A stretch of DNA of 64,000 nt from Schlesneria sp. (GCA_043749505.1 JAYVDI010000084.1:7339-71338); one strand, 5' to 3'; shown: positions 26,770 through 37,386, counted from the stretch's first letter. Notes: a model not told the origin generated them from the sequence alone. Program-made: numbers and translations.

Positions 26770-28086
26770 ATGACATTCGCTCGATTCGATCTCGCCGTAG
26801 CCACGTTCGCCAGAACGTGGGTTTTCTCGTGTGTGGCCCATGTTGTGGTGAACGCGGCTACGACATTGTTTGCCGCCAATCCCACCGCGACGTGGCCGCA
26901 GTGGCGCGGTCCGTCGCGTGATGGGCAAGCGGCAGTGACGCCCGCGTGGCCGGATCAGGTCGATGAGGCGGCGCTCACTCGAAAATGGCGTGTCGAATTG
27001 GGACCGAGCTATTCCGGGCCGATCGTCGGCGAGGATCGCGTTTTCGTCACGGAGACTCGCGGCAAGAAGACCGAGGTCGTGCAGGCATTCTCGCGAACCG
27101 ACGGCCAAGTCTTGTGGTCCGCCGAGTGGCCGGGTGCGACATTGGTTCCGTTCTTCGCTTGGGAGAACGGCGAATGGATTCGAGCGACTCCGGCCTACGA
27201 CGGCGAATCGCTGTTCGTTGCGGGAATGCGCGATGTGCTGGTTTGTCTCGATGCCGCGAACGGCAAGGAACGCTGGCGAGTTGATTTCGTCGAGCGGTTC
27301 GAATCGCCGTTGCCAACGTTTGGTTGCGTGTCATCTCCGCTGGTCGATGGCGAGCATGTTTACGTTCAGGCCGGAGCTTCGTTCGTGAAGCTCAACAAGC
27401 GAAACGGCGAGACAGTCTGGCGGTCGCTGCAAGACGGTGGCGGTATGAACGGCAGCGCGTTCTCGTCGCCCATGAAAGCCACGATCGCGGGACAGCCGCA
27501 GTTCTTGGTGCAGACCCGCGAGAAACTTGCGGGCGTTGACGAGGCCACTGGCAGCGAACTCTGGTCGCAGAAGATCGAAGCCTTTCGCGGCATGAATATC
27601 CTTACGCCGGTGGTGTTCGGGGATTCGATTTTCACGAGTACCTACGGAGGCAAATCTTGGCTGTACGATCTCACAAAAAGCGGCGATGTGGCCGCTGCCA
27701 GCATGAAGATGTCGGTGACCGAACGCTGGCAGAACAAAACTCAAGGTTACATGTCCACACCGGTCGTCATCGACGGGCACATCTATACGCATTTGAAAAA
27801 CCAACGTTTCGCGTGCATCGACCTCGCGACGGGCAAGGAACGCTGGGTGACCACGCCGTTCGGCAAGTATTGGAGCCTCGTCGCACAAGACAAAAAGATT
27901 CTGGCCCTCGATGAACGGGGCGATTTATTCCTGATTTACGCCAATCCGATGAAGTTCGAGTTGCGTAGTCAGCGTCACATCAGCGATTCGCCAACGTGGG
28001 CGCATTTGGCCGTTTGCGGCGAGGAAGTTTTTGTTCGCGACCTGAACGGGCTGACGAGCTTTCGTTGGTCTGCCACGCAACAGTAA
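26770..28086 (+). CDS. PQQ-like / BamB-like beta-propeller repeat protein, secreted
   Basis: WPQWRGPSRDGQ start motif and repeated V(F/Y)V...G.L.ALD..TG...W blades. The ATG at 26770 is 7 nt after the regulator stop. Confidence 0.75.
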   Translation: MTFARFDLAVATFARTWVFSCVAHVVVNAATTLFAANPTATWPQWRGPSRDGQAAVTPAWPDQVDEAALTRKWRVELGPSYSGPIVGEDRVFVTETRGKKTEVVQAFSRTDGQVLWSAEWPGATLVPFFAWENGEWIRATPAYDGESLFVAGMRDVLVCLDAANGKERWRVDFVERFESPLPTFGCVSSPLVDGEHVYVQAGASFVKLNKRNGETVWRSLQDGGGMNGSAFSSPMKATIAGQPQFLVQTREKLAGVDEATGSELWSQKIEAFRGMNILTPVVFGDSIFTSTYGGKSWLYDLTKSGDVAAASMKMSVTERWQNKTQGYMSTPVVIDGHIYTHLKNQRFACIDLATGKERWVTTPFGKYWSLVAQDKKILALDERGDLFLIYANPMKFELRSQRHISDSPTWAHLAVCGEEVFVRDLNGLTSFRWSATQQ

Positions 28087-28100
28087 AGGATGACGCCATC

Positions 28101-29387
28101 ATGAAGATCGCGATCATCGGAGCCGGAATTTCCGGGCTGACCGCGGCGTATCAACTCAGTCTCTCCCATGACATCACGCTGTTCGAGGCCAACGACTATC
28201 TCGGCGGGCACACGAATACCGTCGAGGTCGATTTGGAAGGAGAGCGGCAGGTGATCGACACCGGGTTCATCGTGTTCAACGACTGGACGTATCCCAATTT
28301 CATTGAACTGTTGAACGAACTCGGCGTCAGATCGCGGCCGACATCAATGGGTTTCAGTGTTCGATGCGATGCTGCGAACTTGGAGTATAACGGTTCGTCG
28401 CTGAACGGACTGTTTGCCCAACGACGGAATTTACTGCGGCCAAGCTTCTATCAGATGCTGGCCGACATTCTGCGATTCAATCGCGACGCTCCCGAGTTGG
28501 TGCAGAGCGGCCCAACGACCGATGAAACAACGGTTGGTGAGTTCCTCGCGCGGCAGCGTTACTCGCGTGAGTTTGCTGAGCATTATCTGCTGCCGATGGG
28601 AGCCGCGATCTGGTCGTGCCCCGTCGGGATGTTTGAAAGATTTCCGATCCGGTTTATCGTCGAGTTCTACCGCAATCATGGTTTATTGAGCGTTCGCAAT
28701 CGACCAACGTGGCGAGTCATTGAAGGTGGTTCTCGGAATTACGTCGCAAAAATGGCGGAGCGGTTTCGAGATCGCATTCGTCTCAGTACGGCGGTTGAGT
28801 CAGTCCGCCGCTCGGCAGATGGAGTGGTCGTCGTCCCGCGAAATCACTCGCCGGAAACCTTCGATCATGTTGTCTTTGCCTGTCACAGCGACCAAGCCTT
28901 GCGGATGTTGGCGGATTCGACCTCGACCGAGCGCGACGTGTTGTCCGAATTTCCTTACGGACGCAACCTCGCCGTACTGCACACCGATCAAGCGGTCCTG
29001 CCGAAGCGGCGGCGAGCTTGGGCGAGCTGGAATTATCATCTTGCCGGTCCGTCATCGAATTCTGCCAGCCAGGTGGCCACGGTGACCTATCAGATGAACC
29101 TTTTGCAGCATCTGCAATCAAAGCACGTCTTCAACGTGACGCTCAGCAACGCGACGCTGAACAACGACGAACGAATTGACCCGGCTAAGGTGCTGCGGCG
29201 ATTTGAATATCACCATCCGATCTTCACCGTTCAGCGTGCTGCCGCGCAGGCTCGGCATTGCGACCTAATCAACGTTAACCGGACTTCCTTCTGCGGCGCG
29301 TACTGGGGCAACGGCTTCCATGAAGATGGCGTCGTCAGTGCCCTGCGCGTTTGCGATGCTCTTTTGCCAAAGGAGTCGCGGGCATGA
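28101..29387 (+). CDS. FAD-dependent oxidoreductase (amine oxidase / phytoene-desaturase-like)
   Basis: [19 protein letters not shown] dinucleotide-binding motif directly at the ATG at 28101. The length and C-terminal [12 protein letters not shown] motif are typical of the family found next to DUF1365/CFA genes. Confidence 0.85.
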   Translation: MKIAIIGAGISGLTAAYQLSLSHDITLFEANDYLGGHTNTVEVDLEGERQVIDTGFIVFNDWTYPNFIELLNELGVRSRPTSMGFSVRCDAANLEYNGSSLNGLFAQRRNLLRPSFYQMLADILRFNRDAPELVQSGPTTDETTVGEFLARQRYSREFAEHYLLPMGAAIWSCPVGMFERFPIRFIVEFYRNHGLLSVRNRPTWRVIEGGSRNYVAKMAERFRDRIRLSTAVESVRRSADGVVVVPRNHSPETFDHVVFACHSDQALRMLADSTSTERDVLSEFPYGRNLAVLHTDQAVLPKRRRAWASWNYHLAGPSSNSASQVATVTYQMNLLQHLQSKHVFNVTLSNATLNNDERIDPAKVLRRFEYHHPIFTVQRAAAQARHCDLINVNRTSFCGAYWGNGFHEDGVVSALRVCDALLPKESRA

Positions 29388-30226
29388 GAAGCTGTCTTTA
29401 TGAAGGTGTCGTGCAGCATCGACGGCTCGATCCGATTGAGCATTCATTTCGATATCGGTTGTTTCTCGTCTTCGTGGACTTGGCGGAACTGGACTCGATA
29501 TTCGGGCGACGCGGCGTCTGGTCCACTCGCTGGCCAGCACTGGCGCGGTTCCGGCGTGCCGATTATTTGGGAGAGCCAACTCGCCCGCTGAGCGACTGTG
29601 TCCGCGATTTGATTGAGCAGAGAACCGGGCATCGTCCAGCCGGACCGATCGGGCTGCTGACCAATTTCCGCTACTTCGGCTTCGGCATGAATCCGGTCAG
29701 TTTTTATTACTGCTTCGATACGGCTGGCGAACGAGTTGAAACCGTCGTCGCGGAAGTCAGCAACACACCGTGGAATGAGAAGCACTGCTATGTGTTGAGC
29801 TTCACAGGCTGGGACGCTGCTCCAACCGATTTGCACGATGAGCAGACCGGGACGGAGTGCCAAGGGGCAGGGCGGTTCGAGAACCCAAAAGAGTTTCACG
29901 TTTCGCCGTTCATGCCGATGGACATGACCTATCGCTGGCGAGTCAGCGAGCCGCGCGAACGGCTGGCGGTGACCATCGAGAACTATTCGAACGACATCAA
30001 ACGATTCGACGCGACGCTGTCACTACAACGACGACCGATCACGCGCTGGCAGCTTGCGCGCGCATTGTTGCGATATCCCTTGATGACGATGCAGGTTTTT
30101 CTGGGCATCTATTGGCAAGCGCTGCGGCTGTGGCTGAAGCGAGTCCCGTATGTGCCTCATCCACGACGTGCCGTCCCGACGGCGGCTGAGTCACAACTTT
30201 CATCCTCGAAACAAGCGACATTATGA
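29384..30226 (+). CDS. DUF1365 family protein
   Basis: [23 protein letters not shown] is the N-terminal signature I associate with DUF1365. ATGA overlap with the upstream stop. Confidence 0.8.
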   Translation: MRSCLYEGVVQHRRLDPIEHSFRYRLFLVFVDLAELDSIFGRRGVWSTRWPALARFRRADYLGEPTRPLSDCVRDLIEQRTGHRPAGPIGLLTNFRYFGFGMNPVSFYYCFDTAGERVETVVAEVSNTPWNEKHCYVLSFTGWDAAPTDLHDEQTGTECQGAGRFENPKEFHVSPFMPMDMTYRWRVSEPRERLAVTIENYSNDIKRFDATLSLQRRPITRWQLARALLRYPLMTMQVFLGIYWQALRLWLKRVPYVPHPRRAVPTAAESQLSSSKQATL

Positions 30227-31551
30227 GCACAGCGTGCGCGCCCCAGTTATCGAATCCTCCCACGAACTCGTCGTCGAACGATGACGACTGCGTAGCTGCA
30301 CCGGATCGCATGGGATTCGTGAGCCGGTTAGCCCGACGACTGGTGTTGCAGAAACTGCAAGAGTTGAACGGTGGGACCATTCAATTAGCCGATGCGACTG
30401 GCGCAACGACGCTCGGTCGCGGCGGCGACTTGCAAGCGGCGTTGCAAGTCCACAACCCGGCGTTCTTTCGTCATGCGGTTCTGGGCGGAAGCCTGTCGGT
30501 GGCCGAGTCGTATCTGCGTGGCGATTGGGACTGCGACGATCTGACGGCGTTCCTTCGGATCTTTGTGCGGAATATCGAGGCAACGGATCAGCTCGATCGC
30601 GGGCTATCGCGAATTGGCAAATGGGTCAATCGTCTGTATCACCGCTGGCATGCGAACAGTAAATCGGGAAGCCGTCGAAACATTCACGCTCATTACGATC
30701 TCGGTAACGAGTTCTTCCGGCTGATGCTCGACGACACGCTGGCGTATTCGAGTGGCATCTTTTTATCGCCCACCAGCACGCTGCGCGAGGCTTCGCTGGA
30801 GAAGATGGATCGCATTTGTCGCAAGCTCGATCTGCGTGCGAATGATCATCTGCTGGAGATCGGCACCGGCTGGGGTGGGTTGGCAATTCACGCGGCCAAG
30901 CAGTTCGGCTGCCGCGTTACGACGACCACGATCTCGCAGCAACAGTTCGATGTCGCTCGCCAACGAATCGACGAGGCGGGACTAACGGATCGCGTGACGT
31001 TGCTGTTGCAGGACTATCGCGACCTGACAGGCCAGTTCGACAAACTGGTCTCCGTCGAGATGATCGAAGCGGTCGGGCATCAGTACTACGACACTTACTT
31101 CCGCAAATGCAGCGAGTTGCTTAAGCCCGAGGGGACGTTCGTGCTGCAAGGGATCGTGATGCCGGATCGTCGCTATGCCAAGTATTTGAAATCGGTGGAC
31201 TTCATCCAGAGATACGTCTTTCCCGGCGGTTGCCTGCCTTCGATGACCGCGATGTTGGAGTCGATGTCTCGCGTCACCGACTTGCGGTTCGTTCACGCCG
31301 AGGACTTCGGCACGCACTACGCTCAGACTCTGCGCGAATGGCGGCAACGATTTCATGAGCGACTGGATGATGTTCGCGGGCTGGGCTTTCCCGACCGATT
31401 CATTCGCATGTGGAACTACTACCTCAGCTATTGCGAGGCAGCGTTCGACGAACGATTTACCGGCGTCGTCCAAATCCAATTCGACAAACCACGGTGCCAA
31501 CGCGACCCGCTCGCGATCGGGTCGCGCGCCGCGGCATGGAGGTCGGCATGA
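30223..31551 (+). CDS. Cyclopropane-fatty-acyl-phospholipid synthase family SAM-dependent methyltransferase
   Basis: [21 protein letters not shown] (SAM motif I), [10 protein letters not shown] and [14 protein letters not shown] are typical CMAS motifs. ATGA overlap with the DUF1365 stop. Confidence 0.85.
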   Translation: MSTACAPQLSNPPTNSSSNDDDCVAAPDRMGFVSRLARRLVLQKLQELNGGTIQLADATGATTLGRGGDLQAALQVHNPAFFRHAVLGGSLSVAESYLRGDWDCDDLTAFLRIFVRNIEATDQLDRGLSRIGKWVNRLYHRWHANSKSGSRRNIHAHYDLGNEFFRLMLDDTLAYSSGIFLSPTSTLREASLEKMDRICRKLDLRANDHLLEIGTGWGGLAIHAAKQFGCRVTTTTISQQQFDVARQRIDEAGLTDRVTLLLQDYRDLTGQFDKLVSVEMIEAVGHQYYDTYFRKCSELLKPEGTFVLQGIVMPDRRYAKYLKSVDFIQRYVFPGGCLPSMTAMLESMSRVTDLRFVHAEDFGTHYAQTLREWRQRFHERLDDVRGLGFPDRFIRMWNYYLSYCEAAFDERFTGVVQIQFDKPRCQRDPLAIGSRAAAWRSA

Positions 31552-32597
31552 GCCTGATGTCCTTGGGAATTGAAGCCGTGGAACGAGGTTTGATCCCGGA
31601 TGTGATTACGCGCGTGGCGATTCGGCGATTGTGCGAGCAGCGCCTGCGTGAATCCAATCGCGGCAGCGACAACGCCGATTCAAGGGAATTCCAAGCGTTC
31701 GTCCAGTCGATGTGCGCGGGGCCAATCGCACCCGTTCCAGAGAAAGCCAACGAACAGCATTACGAATTGTCGCCGGAGTTCTTTACCGCCGTACTCGGCC
31801 CGCATCGCAAATACAGCTCATGCTTTTGGCCGACCGCAGACACGTCGTTGGTTGATGCCGAGGCGGCGGCACTCGAAATCACTTGTCAGCGAGCCGAGCT
31901 GGCCGATGGCCAACAGATCCTGGAACTCGGTTGCGGCTGGGGTTCGCTGTCGCTGTGGATGGCCGAGCGGTATCGAAACAGTCGCATCACGGCAGTCTCG
32001 AATTCGGCTCCGCAACGGCGATTCATCGAATCGGAAGCGGCCTCACGCGGCCTCACGAACTTGCACCTTATCACCGCCGACATGAACCAGTTCGCCACTG
32101 AGCCGCATCGATTTGACCGTGTTGTCTCGGTGGAGATGTTCGAGCACATGCGGAACTACGAATTGCTGTTGGAACGAATCGCGTCGTGGCTACGACCGGA
32201 AGGCCGGCTGTTTGTGCATCATTTCTGCCATCAAAGACTCGTGTACCCGTTTGAAACCGACGGCGATGCCAACTGGATGGGCCGCTACTTTTTCACCGGC
32301 GGTTTGATGCCGAGCGAGAACATGCTGCGGCAGTTCGACCGGCACATGACGGTCGTCGAGCAGTGGCGGTGGGACGGCACGCACTATCAACGCACGTCCG
32401 AAGCGTGGCTCACGAACTTGGACGCTCATCGCCGCGAGGTGTTGCCGATCCTCGCCGCGACTTACGGACGCGATGAGGCTCGCCGCTGGTTTCACCGCTG
32501 GCGTTTGTTCTTTCTCGCCGTATCAGAGTTATTCGGCTACGCGAACGGCCGCGAGTGGTTCGTGTCGCATTCGCTGTTGCAGCTGAATGGGAAGTAA
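31548..32597 (+). CDS. Second CFA-synthase-like SAM-dependent methyltransferase
   Basis: HYELSPEFF, ILELGCGWGSLS, VSVEMFEHM and YFFTGGLMPS motifs. The ATG at 31548 overlaps the upstream TGA (ATGA). Confidence 0.8.
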   Translation: MSLMSLGIEAVERGLIPDVITRVAIRRLCEQRLRESNRGSDNADSREFQAFVQSMCAGPIAPVPEKANEQHYELSPEFFTAVLGPHRKYSSCFWPTADTSLVDAEAAALEITCQRAELADGQQILELGCGWGSLSLWMAERYRNSRITAVSNSAPQRRFIESEAASRGLTNLHLITADMNQFATEPHRFDRVVSVEMFEHMRNYELLLERIASWLRPEGRLFVHHFCHQRLVYPFETDGDANWMGRYFFTGGLMPSENMLRQFDRHMTVVEQWRWDGTHYQRTSEAWLTNLDAHRREVLPILAATYGRDEARRWFHRWRLFFLAVSELFGYANGREWFVSHSLLQLNGK

Positions 32598-32600
32598 ACT

Positions 32601-33419
32601 ATGACACCACTGACCGCGATGCTGCTGAACTCAGTGCTGGTCGTGATCGCTGTGATGACGTGCTTGTGGCTGCTGAGCCTCGCTCGCCGCGACGCCAGTA
32701 TCGTCGATCCTTTTTGGGGAACCGGGTTCATCGTCGTGACGTGGTTCACGCTGACAGGGATTCCAGCAGCGCAAGCGGTCGAGCGGTCGTGGTTGCTCGC
32801 CACACTGACGACGATCTGGGGCTTGCGGCTGTCGCTGTATCTGCTGTGGCGAAACCGGGGACACGGCGAAGACCGACGGTATCGAGCGATGCGCGAATAT
32901 CACGGGCCGCGTTTCTGGTGGGTCAGTCTGCTAACGGTTTTCCTGTTGCAGGGACTCATCCTGTGGATCGTGTCGATGCCAATTCAAGCCGCGATGGTCG
33001 CAGCGGCATCGAAGCCACTCGGCTGGCTCGATCTGGCCGGCGCAAGCTTTTGGAGCATCGGCCTGTTCTTTGAAGCGGTCGGAGATTTTCAAATGGCTCG
33101 TTTTCAAGCCAATCCACAAAACGCTGGCCGAGTCATGGATCGCGGCCTCTGGCGACTGACTCGGCACCCGAATTACTTTGGCGATTTTTGCGTCTGGTGG
33201 GGGCTGTACTTGATCGCCGCTGCGGGCGGTGCCGCATGGACGATCTTCAGCCCGCTGCTGATTTCGTTCCTGCTGCTGAAGGTTTCCGGAGTGACACTAT
33301 TGGAGAAAACCATCACCAGTCGTCGTCCCGAATATGCGGCCTACCAAATGCGAACCAGCTCATTCTTTCCGTGGCCACCGAACGCGTGTCGCGCTGATCG
33401 CTCGCCTCGTCCCCAATGA
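32601..33419 (+). CDS. DUF1295 (steroid 5-alpha-reductase/ICMT-like) membrane protein
   Basis: 272 aa, multi-TM, with RDASIVDPFWG and RHPNYFGDFCVWWG motifs. It starts 3 nt after the upstream stop. Confidence 0.8.
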   Translation: MTPLTAMLLNSVLVVIAVMTCLWLLSLARRDASIVDPFWGTGFIVVTWFTLTGIPAAQAVERSWLLATLTTIWGLRLSLYLLWRNRGHGEDRRYRAMREYHGPRFWWVSLLTVFLLQGLILWIVSMPIQAAMVAAASKPLGWLDLAGASFWSIGLFFEAVGDFQMARFQANPQNAGRVMDRGLWRLTRHPNYFGDFCVWWGLYLIAAAGGAAWTIFSPLLISFLLLKVSGVTLLEKTITSRRPEYAAYQMRTSSFFPWPPNACRADRSPRPQ

Positions 33420-33447
33420 CAAATCAAGCCGTCAAGCGTTGCATTAC

Positions 33448-33646
33448 CAGCCTGTTGAAAAGGTAGGACGGGCACTCTTGCCCGTCGGTTTTCAAGCTAA
33501 GAACTCGTCCAAAAACAATGTCGTCTTTCGCTTTGCGAAAGAACGCCCTTTCGCGGAGCGAAAGGCGACAAACGGCGGAGTCATTCTTGGACAGGTTCTA
33601 AATGACGGGCAAGAGTGCCCGTCCTACAGGGTTATTCAACAGGCTG
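33448..33646. repeat. Composite palindromic element, family D (outer 39-43 nt inverted arms plus two inner 7-bp/5-nt-loop hairpins)
   Basis: Arms are 33448-33486 (CAGCCTGTTGAAAAGGTAGGACGGGCACTCTTGCCCGTC) and 33604-33646. Each arm contains the GACGGGCA....TGCCCGTC hairpin. The inner hairpins are 33524-33542 (TCTTTCG-CTTTG-CGAAAGA) and 33547-33565 (CCTTTCG-CGGAG-CGAAAGG). Confidence 0.85.
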
Positions 33647-34609
33647 TTACGCGAGGGCTTTCGCCACGGCGGCTTTGGTTTTTTCGAGGCCGGTCTGGGC
33701 GACTTCGAGTCCGTCCTGTTTCCAGTAGTTGGGGTTGAACAACTCCAGCGACAGAACGCCGCGGTAGCCGTTGTCGCGCAGGGTGCGGAAGATGCTGGTG
33801 AGCGGAGCGACACCATCGCCGCAGTAGACACGCGCGGCGTCGTTGATCGCGGCGCGCGGAGGATCGGCGGGGTAGTCATTCACATGGAAGTTGAACATGC
33901 GCCGACCGGCGAACATGTTCAACCCTTCAAAGTCTGAGCCGCCTTTATAGATGTGATAGACATCGAGCAGAAAACAGGCTCTCGGATGAGCCGCTTCAAT
34001 CCCGACGAACGCTGCTTCGCCGAGTCGGGCCAGCGTTTTTGAGAAACCCCACAGTTCGAGTTGCGGATAGACACCCTCTTGTTGGCCGATCTCACATAGC
34101 GCGCGATAGCGTTCGCCCAGTTGGAGCAGATCGAGGCCAGTCTTATCGGTGACGCCGACGGGGGGGGCGGCCAGCCGTTCGCCGCCGATCTCGCGGACCA
34201 TCCCCATGCACCGCTTGGCCTCTTCGAGTCCTTCTTTCCGTTTGGCTTCGTCTTCGTGCAGGAAGGCCGCGAAGCCGATCGCGCTTTCGACAGTCAGTCC
34301 CGCGTCGGCGATCCGCTTGCGCAGGTCAGACAGTACGCCGCCCCCTTTAACATAGTTGTCGAGCGATCGGATCCACGGTTCGATCCCGGTGTATCCGGCC
34401 TTCGTTGCGATCTCGATCTCAGAAACGGCATCGACTTTTTTTCCTTGATACTGGCACTCGCGAATCGTGCTCGTGTTGAGGCAGTACCGAAACGGAGAAC
34501 TCTTGTCCGATGCAGGCTCTGCGCCAGCAGCTCGAACTGTGGTCGAGGCAACGGTGAGCGAAGCGGCTGAGGCGGCGAAGAAGCCTCGCCGTGACAGATC
34601 GAGCGACAT
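33647..34609 (-). CDS. Sugar phosphate isomerase/epimerase (xylose isomerase-like TIM barrel) with a Tat signal
   Basis: The ATG at 34609 gives MSLDLSRRGFFAASAAS (twin-arginine). The body is AP-endonuclease-2/xylose-isomerase-like (YTGIEPW, LELWG, HVNDYP). Confidence 0.8.
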   Translation of the reverse strand: MSLDLSRRGFFAASAASLTVASTTVRAAGAEPASDKSSPFRYCLNTSTIRECQYQGKKVDAVSEIEIATKAGYTGIEPWIRSLDNYVKGGGVLSDLRKRIADAGLTVESAIGFAAFLHEDEAKRKEGLEEAKRCMGMVREIGGERLAAPPVGVTDKTGLDLLQLGERYRALCEIGQQEGVYPQLELWGFSKTLARLGEAAFVGIEAAHPRACFLLDVYHIYKGGSDFEGLNMFAGRRMFNFHVNDYPADPPRAAINDAARVYCGDGVAPLTSIFRTLRDNGYRGVLSLELFNPNYWKQDGLEVAQTGLEKTKAAVAKALA

Positions 34610-34712
34610 GGGGACGAGCCTTGAAATCGAGGAAGGAGACAACGCGGGGCGTCAGGATACGTGGGGACAGCGCGATCAGAAAGTCAGGCTGTACTGAAGG
34701 GAGGAAGACAAC

Positions 34713-34804
34713 TCGAAGTCCGGATTTTCCTAAAGCCAGACTTCCTACGGAGGGAACATCCTCCCGATTGGAAGTCTGGCTAACAAAGCTAAGCCGGACT
34801 TCGA
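34713..34804. repeat. Nested palindromic element, family E (TCGAAGTCCGG ... CCGGACTTCGA)
   Basis: Outer arms 34713-34723 and 34794-34804. Inner arms AGCCAGACTTCC 34734-34745 and GGAAGTCTGGCT 34770-34781. It is related to the hairpin at 62592-62627. Confidence 0.75.
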
Positions 34805-35129
34805 TCCATCGGAATCGACATCCCAAGGGCGTTGATTGAATAGCTTCTTGGTCGCAAGTAGACTGCGACGGTCAAGTCGAATTTCTGGATTGGGCTGATT
34901 TGGCGAAGTTCTCCTATATTAACGGGAGTTAGAAAGTGCGGCGATTGATCCGGTTGGTCGGGTCGGTGTCGTGCTGAGTCCGAGGTGGGTTCAAAGACGA
35001 TAGATTGAGGCCGTGCGAGGTCGCCCTGGTGATGGGGTGCTTCGTCGGATTGATGATCGAAATGATAAATCGTGCTGTGAGTCGCATCGGACGGTTTTGA
35101 AACACGGAAAAATTCAACGGAGTGGTCTC

Positions 35130-37349
35130 ATGGGCAATCGAGCAATTCAATCAACACAGGCGATGCGGCCGCAGTATTGGCGGGGACGAAACTGGGCACG
35201 CGGCTTGGCCGCACTCGGCGTGGTGGCGGGTGTGGTCACGGGGACTTGGGCCGTTGAAGAGGCGACGAAATCGGGGCCTCCCGGTTTGAGGGGAATTCTG
35301 TCGAACGTGGCTCCGGCGGCGCTCAGCGTCGAGGAATTCGCGAAGCTCGACGGGACTTGGACTGAGTGGTCACAGGGAGCGGCGGCGGCGGTCACGGATT
35401 TCTACGCCAAACTCGATTCGTCGGACTCGAAAGAACAGCGTGCGGCGCTCGACCTGTTAAAGCGGAAGCTCGATGTGATGCAGCGGGCGATCAGTGATGC
35501 CAAGTTTGCGTCTTTGCATGACCCGTTGATTGCGCTTCACAATCGACTTGCTCGTCGCATCGACTTCGCGGAAGCGACGCTCGACACGATTGAGATGGAC
35601 CCGGTGGCCGCTCGTGCGGCGAACCTCGCCAAGGCTGGACAGGCAATTGCCTCATCCACTTCGGCGCTGCGAAGCTATCTGAATGGGATTGGCGGCGGTG
35701 GTCCGTGGCTTTCGTATGTGAAAGCGGACCAACTTGGCGCTGCACTGGCCAAGGGAGTCGATAGTGAAGCGGCGATCACGGCGGCAAAGTTGAGCAAAGA
35801 GAAGATCTCGGGACGAACGACTTTGACCGCTGAAGACCAGAAGCAGTTTCTCGGGCGACCGGCATTTCTCGCTTATGAAGCCGCCGTCGATCAGTACCTC
35901 ACCGTGGCGAATTGGCAGGCTCCGGCAGATGCCACAGAGCAGTTGCGAGGACAGCTCAAGGGTCTGTTCGATGCGACCGATGCGTACGCGGAATCGCGAG
36001 CCAAGGAAGATGCTGGCAAAGTGCGGACGGCGTATGCGGCGATCCGCAAACTCGCGCCGGATGGTGGCGAGCGGCTGTCGGCCGTTCTTCAGAAGTACCT
36101 CTTCAATTACAACAGCCGCATCGTGGCGAGCGAAGAATTTTTGAACCGATTGCTTTCGGATGCTCGCACCGAAAATGGGCAGGTCGTGGACAACGTGCTT
36201 GGGGCACAGGTCAGCGGTTACCAGACGACTTCGACGACTGTTGGTGTCGATCTTCGGCCCAGCCCGAACACAGCTCGATTTGACTTGGCCTTGTCGGGGA
36301 CAATTCAGTCCAACACGGTCGGTGTGACGAGTCAGGCAACGGTCCAGACCTCGGGTTATCACACGTTTCTCGCGGCGAAGGGGATCACCTTCGACGGCCA
36401 GAAATTCGTCACATCTCCCGCCACGATCTCGGTGAACCCACACAACACGACGACGGGGATCTCAACGAATGCCGGGGGCTTCCTGTTTGGAGGGATCGTC
36501 CGCGACATCGCTTCCAAGGAAGTGGAAGCTCGACGCGGCCAAGCCGAAGCGATCGCCGCAAGTCGCGTGCAAGATCGCGTGCTGCCCAAGTTCAACGAGG
36601 AAGTCGATCGATCATTCGCTGACGCGACCGTCAAGATTGAGAAGGAAGTGTTTGCGGGACTCCGTGCGGCGGGGCTGTATCCTGACGCGATCACGTACCA
36701 ATCGACGGACACCGCGTTGCGGGTGAATTCACGTTTAATGGGAATGGGTGAACTGGGAGCCGACTTGCCTCACAGCGGCCTCGCTTCGGATCGCGGAGCG
36801 ACGGTGATGCTCCACGAGTCGGCCATCAACAACTCGATCGACCGCATGGAACTCGCGGGACAGACGCTGAACGACACCGAACTGCGGGCGAAGATTGAAG
36901 CGTTCCTCAGTAAGGCTCTGAACCGAGCCGTGAAGTTAGACGCGGTCAAAGCTGTGGCAGACGAAGGTGATGAAGCCAAGTCGCTGAGCGCGATTTCGTT
37001 CGCACCTGCCGATCCGATGCGCGTCCGCCTCGAAGGGGGCGAATTGGTGTTGGTGATCCGCGCGGGCTTCAAGCAGGAAGGGAAAGACGACATTCCCGTG
37101 CGCGAGATCGTGGTGCCGATCGCCTTTGAAGTGAAGGGCAAGCAAATCGTGGCGACGCGCGGCAACGTGGCGTTTCCCGAGGGTGGCGGCCTCGCGACGA
37201 ACGGCGTGATCCGCAAAAAGATTCAGTCGGTCCTGCCCGACCGCACGCTCGATGGCAAGGTTGACATCAAGGGGCCGAACAAAACGGTCACCGCTTACGT
37301 CTCGCGAATCAAAGTGGCCGATGGCTGGATTGGAATTACAGTGAATTGA
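35130..37349 (+). CDS. Hypothetical membrane-anchored protein (N-terminal TM, long helical region, beta-rich C-terminus)
   Basis: ATG at 35130 with GGAG 8 nt upstream. It has coding-like composition over 740 aa. No family was recognised. Confidence 0.6.
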   Translation: MGNRAIQSTQAMRPQYWRGRNWARGLAALGVVAGVVTGTWAVEEATKSGPPGLRGILSNVAPAALSVEEFAKLDGTWTEWSQGAAAAVTDFYAKLDSSDSKEQRAALDLLKRKLDVMQRAISDAKFASLHDPLIALHNRLARRIDFAEATLDTIEMDPVAARAANLAKAGQAIASSTSALRSYLNGIGGGGPWLSYVKADQLGAALAKGVDSEAAITAAKLSKEKISGRTTLTAEDQKQFLGRPAFLAYEAAVDQYLTVANWQAPADATEQLRGQLKGLFDATDAYAESRAKEDAGKVRTAYAAIRKLAPDGGERLSAVLQKYLFNYNSRIVASEEFLNRLLSDARTENGQVVDNVLGAQVSGYQTTSTTVGVDLRPSPNTARFDLALSGTIQSNTVGVTSQATVQTSGYHTFLAAKGITFDGQKFVTSPATISVNPHNTTTGISTNAGGFLFGGIVRDIASKEVEARRGQAEAIAASRVQDRVLPKFNEEVDRSFADATVKIEKEVFAGLRAAGLYPDAITYQSTDTALRVNSRLMGMGELGADLPHSGLASDRGATVMLHESAINNSIDRMELAGQTLNDTELRAKIEAFLSKALNRAVKLDAVKAVADEGDEAKSLSAISFAPADPMRVRLEGGELVLVIRAGFKQEGKDDIPVREIVVPIAFEVKGKQIVATRGNVAFPEGGGLATNGVIRKKIQSVLPDRTLDGKVDIKGPNKTVTAYVSRIKVADGWIGITVN

Positions 37350-37386
37350 AGCCGCCGGCTAACAGCAACAATTGACGGCTCTTACA

